From the NCBI GenBank assembly GCA_002840275.1, contig PHAB01000011.1, forward strand, positions 25,886-89,885: a DNA stretch of 64,000 nt, in the 5' to 3' direction. The notes below the pieces were generated by a model, which had not been told where the DNA came from, ran no database searches, and was given only the letters and a program-made list of their open reading frames with translations. The DNA comes from Firmicutes bacterium HGW-Firmicutes-14 (GTDB taxonomy: Bacteria > Bacillota > Thermincolia > Thermincolales > UBA2595). The position numbers were made by a program, and so were the translations under genes. This document shows, in pieces, positions 20,394-27,792 of the stretch. Every line of letters begins with the position of its first letter. Positions within the stretch are counted from its first letter, which is position 1.

Positions 20394-20543
20394 ATGGTAG
20401 AAGTGAAGGAATATCCGGTAATAAAGGGGACGGATGCTGAAAAGCTTCTTAAAGAATTAAAAGAAAACGACCGACGTTTAATTGAAAACGCTATAAAACA
20501 GGTTAGCAATAAACTAACCAATATCGAAGAAAAGCATGCCTGA
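20394..20543 (+). CDS. 49-aa ORF, candidate antitoxin of the downstream GNAT
   Basis: Absent from the ORF track because it is under 60 aa. RBS TGGAGG at 20381-20386 precedes ATG 20394. Product is MVEVKEYPVIKGTDAEKLLKELKENDRRLIENAIKQVSNKLTNIEEKHA. The stop overlaps the GNAT start (ATGCCTGA). A paralogue lies at 21141. Confidence 0.55.
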   Translation: MVEVKEYPVIKGTDAEKLLKELKENDRRLIENAIKQVSNKLTNIEEKHA

Positions 20544-21096
20544 AGATTTTAAATTTAATCCCTCCTCCATGATTTTGAGATGTATGAGGTGGGACTTAGA
20601 CAAAACAGCTATAGTTAATTTCCGGTGTGGCGACAAAAAAATGGAAGAATTCTTAGTAGAGGAAGCCTGGGAAGCACATTGTTCAAGAGATGGCAGCACG
20701 ACCGTTTTGATTGACAAAGAGGCCCCTTTTAACGACAATATAATGGGTTTTTATACCTTAATAGTACCTCAGGTTGTTAAAGTTGAAGAACAAGGCACTA
20801 TAGATGAATTAAGTACTGTTGGTATAGCGAGAATTGCAGTTGCTTTGAGATGCCAGAATCAAGGGGTTGCCAGATATTTAATTCGAGACATATTGTTCCT
20901 TGCAGAAAAGATAAACCAACGACTCGTATCAACTTATGCCGCTTTTGAATATAAACAACTTTATGAAAGATTAGGTTTTAAAAGTATTATTCGTAACGAA
21001 GTAGAAAATCCGGAACCTAATGAACCTAAGGTGCTTATGCTGACACACCTTGCAGATATAATACTCGGTCCCGGAAAAACTTATATCGATGATTAG
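20536..21096 (+). CDS. GNAT family N-acetyltransferase, TacT/KacT-like toxin candidate
   Basis: 186 aa. FRCGDKKMEEFLVEEA resembles the F-x-CG-x3-L/M-x2-FL motif of GNAT toxins. The acetyl-CoA motif is RCQNQGVARYLI. Confidence 0.75.
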   Translation: MPEDFKFNPSSMILRCMRWDLDKTAIVNFRCGDKKMEEFLVEEAWEAHCSRDGSTTVLIDKEAPFNDNIMGFYTLIVPQVVKVEEQGTIDELSTVGIARIAVALRCQNQGVARYLIRDILFLAEKINQRLVSTYAAFEYKQLYERLGFKSIIRNEVENPEPNEPKVLMLTHLADIILGPGKTYIDD

Positions 21097-21140
21097 TAAT
21101 AAGTAACGCAACTGGGCATAATCATTAATGAGGTGGTTAT

Positions 21141-21290
21141 ATGCCAGTTGATATTAACATACCAGTTGTTCGGGGTGAAGATGCGAGGAAGCTAAGACAA
21201 TGGCTGCAGAAAAACGACAATAGGCTTAAAGCGCAAATACAGGTTTCTAAGAATGATTTACACCGGGGGAGTCAAGCAGAAAATTCCTGA
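21141..21290 (+). CDS. 49-aa ORF, orphan paralogue of 20394-20543
   Basis: RBS GAGGTGG, ATG 21141. Product is MPVDINIPVVRGEDARKLRQWLQKNDNRLKAQIQVSKNDLHRGSQAENS. It shares P-V-(I/V)-(K/R)-G-x-D-A-x-K-L...L-x-x-N-D-x-R-L with the first ORF. Confidence 0.5.
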   Translation: MPVDINIPVVRGEDARKLRQWLQKNDNRLKAQIQVSKNDLHRGSQAENS

Positions 21291-21310
21291 TTTTATCAGG
21301 TTTTTTTTTA
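21281..21310 (+). terminator. Rho-independent terminator closing the AT-rich islet
   Basis: CCTGAT/ATCAGG stem (21286-21300) followed by a run of at least 10 T. Confidence 0.55.
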
Positions 21311-21349
21311 TTTTTTTCATTACTTTCAGGCAGGAATTTATGACAGTAA

Positions 21350-21366
21350 TGTCGAAATTTGTCGAA
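21350..21366 (+). promoter_or_regulatory. Two tandem perfect Spo0A-box heptamers (TGTCGAA) 10 bp apart
   Basis: TGTCGAA at 21350-21356 and 21360-21366, about 100 nt upstream of the decahaem cytochrome gene. Confidence 0.4.
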
Positions 21367-21467
21367 AGTACTTTTACACAGTAATTATGTTCATTTGTCA
21401 GGGGGTGAAGAACAGGGCTTTTTAAGGGCAAGGGATTAAAATCAACTTAAGAAGGGGCGAAATCAGG

Positions 21468-23243
21468 ATGGGAAAACTGTTGTTATACTTCAGGAAACCT
21501 TTTTTGCTTCAGGTTATCTTATTATGTATCCCAATGATTCTCTTGGCTTCCGGTCCCGCCTTTGCCGATTCAGCCGGCCCCGCCCTGTCAGGGATATCTC
21601 CTGCTGACGGAGCGGTCATAAATGTGAGTAAGATTACCATATCAGTTACTGCTAAGGACCCGGACAAGGTAAATGCCCAGTCTGTGGTTATGAAGGTTAA
21701 CGGGAATACAGTGTCAACCATAAAACAATATGGCTGGAAAGATGAATATACCGATGATCTCACACTCCTGTCAATTTATTACTCTGCCAGTCTTGGTGAA
21801 GGAACACACAATGTATACATATCAGTGAAGGACAGCTTAGGAAATTTAACAGAGCATGCCTGGTCTTTTACCATCTCCGCACCACCCCAAATATCCTCCC
21901 TGACCCCGGCCGACGGGGCCACTGTTTCCGGGAAAAAGCCGGTTATATCGGCTGTTGTCACCGATAATACGGCCATAGACGAAACCTCTATAAATATGAC
22001 CCTTGACGGGAATACTGTTCCGGCATCCTACGACCCGGTCACCGGGACAGTATCATTTGTCCCCCAGAATGACCTGGCCAATGAAACCACCCATAGTGTT
22101 GTTTTAAATATTCAGGACACTGCCGGGAATCCGGCCCGGGCTGAGTGGAGCTTCAGGGTTGTTACATATGATGAAATGCCGTTTTCAGCAGATGATAATA
22201 CCTGTCAGGCCTGCCACCTTCGCAGTACACATCCGATGAACAACTGCGCCAAGTGCCATGGTATTAATGTCAGCGCTGACAACCCGACATACCCGCTGGA
22301 TGATTGTTATAACTGTCACTTTGGAACTTCTGCTTATCCGTCTGCTTATCATGCAAACGGCCTCCCGTACCTGGCGACACCGGACCACCCGGTACAGGCT
22401 ACCGACAGTTGTGTTACATGCCATACGAAAAACTGGAGTACGGGAATTCCCTATTATCATACTGTTACCAATACCGCGGAGAGGCACCTTACCACTTCTG
22501 AAGGATGTGAGAACTGCCATTCCGCCAGCCTTACCAGGGAACACTACCAGAGGACAGACGATTCCGGCAGCAGCCTGGATTGTTTCACCTGTCACACCAA
22601 TACAGAACCGCGCATACAGGAAGCCATCATTGCCAGGGATTCATCCTGTTCGGCCTGCCATAATCTTGGCGCTGACGGGGGGCACCCGGCCCACAACAAC
22701 GGTCTGGACTCTTATTGCCAGACATGCCATTCAGATTCAATCCTCACAGAATCCCAGTTCCATCAGGACAACGGGTGTCAGGTATGCCACAGCAAAACCG
22801 CACCTGAAATAGCCAAGTATTCTATAAATATAAAGGATACAAGCTGTTTTTCCTGCCACAACCAGGGACATAACGTGAATTTCGTTCAGAGAGTCCCTGA
22901 AGACATTCCCCTTTACCCCGGTTTTAAGTGGACAGTGCCCCAGGATGCCGGGATTTTCGCAGGGGAGCCGTGGGTTGACCCCGGATATGATATTACAGGC
23001 GCCAAAATTGTTATTTCCAACCGGCTTCAATCGGTTGACGGGTCACAGGTCTATTCATGGTATGAAGGAGAGATGGCCGCAAATGGCTGGGCCAAGTCTG
23101 CCGATATGGCCGGGGAGAACGATAATTTTACAATAACCTTCACCAAAGGCATCCGTACAATGACGGTGAATTTATATACCGGAGAGACCCATGACCCTGG
23201 TTCGCCGTTTGTTGGGTACAAGCTGGAAATTTTGTACAGATAA
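21468..23243 (+). CDS. Secreted decahaem c-type cytochrome with two N-terminal Ig-like domains
   Basis: Signal peptide and two repeated Ig-like modules (SGISPADGAVINVSK.../SSLTPADGATVSGKK...). There are ten CxxCH motifs: CQACH, CAKCH, CYNCH, CVTCH, CENCH, CFTCH, CSACH, CQTCH, CQVCH, CFSCH. Confidence 0.85.
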   Translation: MGKLLLYFRKPFLLQVILLCIPMILLASGPAFADSAGPALSGISPADGAVINVSKITISVTAKDPDKVNAQSVVMKVNGNTVSTIKQYGWKDEYTDDLTLLSIYYSASLGEGTHNVYISVKDSLGNLTEHAWSFTISAPPQISSLTPADGATVSGKKPVISAVVTDNTAIDETSINMTLDGNTVPASYDPVTGTVSFVPQNDLANETTHSVVLNIQDTAGNPARAEWSFRVVTYDEMPFSADDNTCQACHLRSTHPMNNCAKCHGINVSADNPTYPLDDCYNCHFGTSAYPSAYHANGLPYLATPDHPVQATDSCVTCHTKNWSTGIPYYHTVTNTAERHLTTSEGCENCHSASLTREHYQRTDDSGSSLDCFTCHTNTEPRIQEAIIARDSSCSACHNLGADGGHPAHNNGLDSYCQTCHSDSILTESQFHQDNGCQVCHSKTAPEIAKYSINIKDTSCFSCHNQGHNVNFVQRVPEDIPLYPGFKWTVPQDAGIFAGEPWVDPGYDITGAKIVISNRLQSVDGSQVYSWYEGEMAANGWAKSADMAGENDNFTITFTKGIRTMTVNLYTGETHDPGSPFVGYKLEILYR

Positions 23244-23334
23244 CTTGCATAACTGAAAATAATTATGATATACTGTATGTAAAGGATCAGGCGGCCGGTT
23301 TTCCGGTGTGCCGGGCTCTTAAGCAGCAGGTAAG

Positions 23335-23368
23335 GCCTGTGGGACCTAGAGAACCACAGGCTTTTTTT
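23335..23368 (+). terminator. Rho-independent terminator
   Basis: GCCTGTGG (23335-23342) pairs with CCACAGGC (23354-23361), followed by T7. Confidence 0.75.
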
Positions 23369-23426
23369 AATATGTTGAGCATTATCCATGTTAGTGAATA
23401 TTACCCATATCAAAGGAGAATTTCAA

Positions 23427-24596
23427 ATGGGTTTTATAGAAGATAAATCGGGAGAAAAAGTGTCGGTTGCGCTGAGTTCGGTTATTGCGTCGGCATTTCT
23501 GACCGTGGGCAAGCTGGTTGTCGGGGTCTTGACAGGCAGTCTTGGCATCCTTTCAGAGGCTGCCCATTCAGCTCTGGATTTTGCTGCCGCATTTATTACA
23601 TATTTTGCTGTTAAGGTGTCTGACAAACCGGCTGATGATAAGCATCACTATGGATATGCAAAGGTTGAGAACCTGTCGGCCCTGATAGAAGCTGTACTGC
23701 TGTTTTTAACCTGTGGCTGGATTATCAGGGAGGCTGTCAGCCGGCTGCTTTTTGCCGAAGTACACATTGAAGTTAATTTCTGGAGTTATGCGGTAATAGT
23801 TATATCCATAATAATAGATTTCTCCAGGTCAAGGGCTTTATCCAAGGCGGCCCAAAAATACAACAGCCAGGCCCTGGAGGCTGATGCCCTGCACTTTTCC
23901 AGTGATATTCTGAGTTCTGCGGTGGTTCTCGCCGGCCTGGTCCTGGCTCGGTTTGGTATCATATATGCAGACCCAGTGGCTGCACTGATAGTTGCTGTAA
24001 TAGTAATCAGGGCCAGCTGGAAACTGGCCAAAAAGACGGTAGAGGTATTGCTGGACAGGGCACCTCACGGTCTGGACCGGGTTATAGCCAACCAGATAAT
24101 GGAGACACCGGGAATAGTCGGTGTGCACAAAGTCCGGCTGCGGCAGTCGGGAGGGCGGATTCACGGAGACCTACATGTGGTGATGGACCGGAACATTTCT
24201 TTTGTCGACGGGCACAAAATAGCAACCACTGTGGAGGAGAAGCTCTCTCAGCACAGTGGTGACATAGTGGTGCATTTTGAACCCGAAGATAACTGGGAGG
24301 AAGTCCAGTCCGAAATGGAGAAAACACGAAAGACGGTTAAAAAAGTTATGGACCGGAACATGACAGATATAATGAATTATCATGACCTGAAAGTTATCCG
24401 GGTTCCCGGGGGGATTTCGGTAAATGTCCATGTGGTGCTTCCTCAGGGTGTCTCTGTATTACAGGCCAGCCAGCGGTGTGATATGCTGGAAAAACTCATT
24501 AAAAAAGAGCTTCGTAACACCGATATTCTTTTTCATATTGAGCCGTGTGCGGGAGCATGCCATGAATGTGAAGGCCGGTGTGATGGCAAAATATAA
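23427..24596 (+). CDS. Cation diffusion facilitator (CDF) family metal efflux transporter with Cys/His-rich tail
   Basis: ...ILSEAAHSALDFAAA...HYGYAKVENL...ALHFSSDILSS... The C-terminal tail is EPCAGACHECEGRCDG. ATG 23427 follows AAGGAG. Confidence 0.9.
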   Translation: MGFIEDKSGEKVSVALSSVIASAFLTVGKLVVGVLTGSLGILSEAAHSALDFAAAFITYFAVKVSDKPADDKHHYGYAKVENLSALIEAVLLFLTCGWIIREAVSRLLFAEVHIEVNFWSYAVIVISIIIDFSRSRALSKAAQKYNSQALEADALHFSSDILSSAVVLAGLVLARFGIIYADPVAALIVAVIVIRASWKLAKKTVEVLLDRAPHGLDRVIANQIMETPGIVGVHKVRLRQSGGRIHGDLHVVMDRNISFVDGHKIATTVEEKLSQHSGDIVVHFEPEDNWEEVQSEMEKTRKTVKKVMDRNMTDIMNYHDLKVIRVPGGISVNVHVVLPQGVSVLQASQRCDMLEKLIKKELRNTDILFHIEPCAGACHECEGRCDGKI

Positions 24597-24604
24597 TAAC
24601 ATGC

Positions 24605-25570
24605 TTATATGACGCGGCTGGTTACCCCTTCCTTGGCCTTAATAAGTTTTGTGACAAATTCATTGACCGGGGTGGGAACCCCCAAATCATTGCCATACCA
24701 TACAATTCGCCCGTTAAGGGCATCAATCTCTGTGCGCCGGCCGCGTTCTAAGTCCTGCAGCATGGACGGACGGTGTTCTGCTGTCAATGGAATCAGCCTG
24801 CCGTAAAAATCAGTAATATATGCTTCCGGAGAATTCCATGGCATCTTGACCCCTTTTGCGCCGGCCACTGCAAATACTTCGGTAATGATCCGGTCCATAA
24901 TATCCCTGGTGTACGGATTATCCGCCAGTTTTCCATAGTTTACTTCCAGCAGGGCGCCCAGGGGGTTCAGGGCGGAGTTGTATACTGTCTTTGCCCATAA
25001 ATATGGATGAACATCTTCGACCCACTCCGTGGGGATTTTTGTTTGTTTAAGGGCAGATACCGCCTCCCTGATTTTATGATCCAAAACGGGATTCGGACCC
25101 GGTACTGCTTTGCCGGCCAGGACTGAATCGGCACATACGGTGACCTGTACACTGCCAGGTCCGGTAATTTCTGCGCCGAAAATAACCCTTGCTGCCGCTG
25201 CCCTGTCCTCTCCAACCTGCCCGGCGAGTATCTCTGCGTTTCCCAGTCCGTTCTGCAGTGAAATGGCAATACCTTCCCGGCTGAGGTATGGGGTGAATTG
25301 AACGGCAGCTTCCAGGGTATCCTGGGATTTTACCGAAAGAAACACCAGGTCAAAAACCGTTCCGGTGAAATCCGACACTTTTTCAGCAGCTATCAATCCA
25401 TGGGCGGTATAATCTCCCCACAGTCCGGAAATTTTTAGCCCGGACCGGCTAATTGCTTCAATGTGCTTTTGGCGGCCCACCAGGGCGACCCGGTGTCCGG
25501 CAAGACGGAGAAAACCACCAAACACGGAACCCAGGGCTCCTGCTCCCATGATAAGTATATTCAATGGCAT
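24605..25570 (-). CDS. panE: 2-dehydropantoate 2-reductase (ApbA/PanE family)
   Basis: MPLNILIMGAGALGSVFGGFL Rossmann N-terminus. 321 aa with the ApbA_C-type C-terminal half. Confidence 0.8.
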   Translation of the reverse strand: MPLNILIMGAGALGSVFGGFLRLAGHRVALVGRQKHIEAISRSGLKISGLWGDYTAHGLIAAEKVSDFTGTVFDLVFLSVKSQDTLEAAVQFTPYLSREGIAISLQNGLGNAEILAGQVGEDRAAAARVIFGAEITGPGSVQVTVCADSVLAGKAVPGPNPVLDHKIREAVSALKQTKIPTEWVEDVHPYLWAKTVYNSALNPLGALLEVNYGKLADNPYTRDIMDRIITEVFAVAGAKGVKMPWNSPEAYITDFYGRLIPLTAEHRPSMLQDLERGRRTEIDALNGRIVWYGNDLGVPTPVNEFVTKLIKAKEGVTSRVI

Positions 25571-25700
25571 AAACCTCCAACAAAATTATCCTGACAGAAA
25601 TTATTTTAACATTATTCACAAAAAAAAGGAAAAAAAATTCTATAAAGGAATTTGTCATAACCTGACGAATATTTTTAGTAAAACTGTTGGAGGAATAATC

Positions 25701-27302
25701 GTGCCTTTTAATAAGAAAAAAAAATCCAAGGGATCTGTAAGCTATACACTTCTGGAAAAAAGGGCAATAGAAGAGGTCCTGGACAAGCTAATGGACAGCA
25801 ACAAAGCACATGGCATCGAAAAAGCGGTTTCTTTTTTACTGGACAAAGACAGCACAATGGTTCTGAAGTCATCTCTTTCCCGGCTGAAAAATATAATCCA
25901 GTCCGACATATCCGGTCAGCATTTAATGAAAGTGACTAACTTGCTGACTGTCATCGCAGAAGTTTATACCGGAGAGGGATTTGTACCGGAAGAGATTAAA
26001 GCGGCAGCCCGGACACCTGGCTTGAGCAGGGGCGCCAAAATGCTTTTACTGTCCTTTTTAGTAAACCTTGGAACCGATGAAGAACAAATCGCTGCCCTTA
26101 TCGATATTGATGAACTGACAGAGATGGCTGAATTTGCTGCTGATAACCTGGCAGGAATGGCCAGAGGCAGCCTGTCTGAAAGACTTTTTTTCCTGCAGGA
26201 ATTCTCGGCCTTCGATCTGGATGACCAAGAAGAAATCATGAAAAAACTGGCTGAGGATAGGTCAGATGCGGCAGCTGAGATGCTGGGAACACTGGCATAT
26301 ACTTATGAACCAAGGATTGTTGAGACTGCTGTCAAACTGCTGGGACAGGATTTAAGAGCAAGAACTTTTGCAATATTACGGGAACTGGCGGAAAACAGGG
26401 AACCGGTTCCCGGGTCCATAGCTAAGCGCGAACTTGGCACAATAAGCGGCAAACCTGTCCGTGATTCAAAACGAAAGTGGAAAAAACCTTTCGGGGAAAT
26501 CTATGATGCTGTTGTGACCTCTTTCGACGGAAAGGGCAGCAGGGCTGTGTGGATGGCATGGAAACTGCCCGGGCGAAAGAACCGGCTGATAGGGGTTAAT
26601 TTTTTAATCAATAGCAGTCTGGGAATAAAAGACTGCTTTGGGACGCCTGATCTTACCCGGAAGGAATTTGACTCAATGGTTGAGGAAATTTCTCAAACTG
26701 CCTCAGTTTTACGGGGTAATCCCGAATACTGTATGTCTCTAATCAGAGGGGCTTTGGACAAATCACTGGCACAGGGATTGCCTGTTCCTGCAGAACTAGC
26801 TTTCTGGCGCAGATGCTTAAAAGATGAGATTTACTGCCGTGGGTATGTCCCCTCTGTCAACAGCCTCCTGCCCAAAACACAAAAAATGCTGCAGGAAAGT
26901 TTCAGCCGCACCGAGATGCTGTTGGATTACCCTGAGTTTACAGGCTGGTATGAAGAAACCCCTGAAGTTTATGATATTGCGGAAACCTTTCTTGACGTTT
27001 CCGGCAGGTTTGGAGATAAACCGATTTTTGAAGAACGGGTGGAACAATTGATTACCGAGGTTATAAACAGGGCAATCAGGCCTGTTATCCCCGAACTCAG
27101 GGAAAGGCTGCTGCTGACAGCTGATTTTATAAAGAAAACAGGCAACAGGAACCTGGCCGGTGATACCATGGTCTGCCTGGCATCCCTTGATTCGGTCCCG
27201 CCTGAACGGCATCCTTTTATAAGAAGAATGGCTTATGAGAGTATTTCTTCAGCGGCATACAACCTGGAAAACGGCATTGATATCAGGACCAAAACAAACT
27301 AG
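25701..27302 (+). CDS. Hypothetical protein (about 533 aa, no family recognised)
   Basis: The long ORF is trimmed to GTG 25701 after GGAGGAATAATC. The upstream part of the track ORF overlaps panE on the opposite strand. Confidence 0.6.
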   Translation: MPFNKKKKSKGSVSYTLLEKRAIEEVLDKLMDSNKAHGIEKAVSFLLDKDSTMVLKSSLSRLKNIIQSDISGQHLMKVTNLLTVIAEVYTGEGFVPEEIKAAARTPGLSRGAKMLLLSFLVNLGTDEEQIAALIDIDELTEMAEFAADNLAGMARGSLSERLFFLQEFSAFDLDDQEEIMKKLAEDRSDAAAEMLGTLAYTYEPRIVETAVKLLGQDLRARTFAILRELAENREPVPGSIAKRELGTISGKPVRDSKRKWKKPFGEIYDAVVTSFDGKGSRAVWMAWKLPGRKNRLIGVNFLINSSLGIKDCFGTPDLTRKEFDSMVEEISQTASVLRGNPEYCMSLIRGALDKSLAQGLPVPAELAFWRRCLKDEIYCRGYVPSVNSLLPKTQKMLQESFSRTEMLLDYPEFTGWYEETPEVYDIAETFLDVSGRFGDKPIFEERVEQLITEVINRAIRPVIPELRERLLLTADFIKKTGNRNLAGDTMVCLASLDSVPPERHPFIRRMAYESISSAAYNLENGIDIRTKTN

Positions 27303-27324
27303 CCCCCCGGGGGCTTTTTTTTTA
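27301..27324 (+). terminator. Rho-independent terminator
   Basis: Short GC hairpin AGCCCCCCGGGGGCT followed by T9. Confidence 0.7.
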
Positions 27325-27369
27325 TATTTACAAATTTACATAAAGAGTATAAAATAATATAAGAACATA

Positions 27370-27383
27370 TGAACAAATGTTCA
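27370..27383. promoter_or_regulatory. Candidate ArsR/CadC operator (inverted repeat TGAACA-AA-TGTTCA)
   Basis: Perfect 6-2-6 palindrome about 35 nt upstream of the cadC-like start. Confidence 0.5.
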
Positions 27384-27415
27384 AATGAGCGAATATATAG
27401 GAATGGGGGTTTAAA

Positions 27416-27775
27416 ATGTCCGGGGAGATCGATAAGTGTGATGTGGTCTGTATTAATCACGAAGCTGTCAGCAGGGTAATGGATATAATGCTGGATGAGA
27501 ATACTGCCAGGGATATGGCAGATACATTTAAAATCCTGGGTGACCCGAACAGGGTCAAAATTGTCCATTGTCTTTCCAGTGAAGAACTGTGTGTGTGTGA
27601 TATTGCCCAGGTGCTGGGAATGAGTACATCTGCGGTCTCGCATCAGTTAAGGGCCCTGCGGGACAGGAGGCTGGTCAAATTCCGGCGTGATGGCAAAATT
27701 GTTTATTATTCCCTGGATGATGACCATATTGTCAGCCTGTTTAACCAGTGCCGCAGCCATGTTAAGCATGATTAA
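27416..27775 (+). CDS. cadC: ArsR/SmtB family metalloregulator, CadC-like
   Basis: ...ELCVCDIAQVLGMSTSAVSHQLRALR... wHTH with the CVC metal site. Confidence 0.9.
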   Translation: MSGEIDKCDVVCINHEAVSRVMDIMLDENTARDMADTFKILGDPNRVKIVHCLSSEELCVCDIAQVLGMSTSAVSHQLRALRDRRLVKFRRDGKIVYYSLDDDHIVSLFNQCRSHVKHD

Positions 27776-27792
27776 TCAAGGGGGAAATTGAA

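Noticed and set aside
25461-25700. N-terminal extension of the 613-aa track ORF
   Set aside because: It overlaps the 5' end of panE on the opposite strand and then crosses an AT-rich promoter region. GTG 25701 has a GGAGG RBS.
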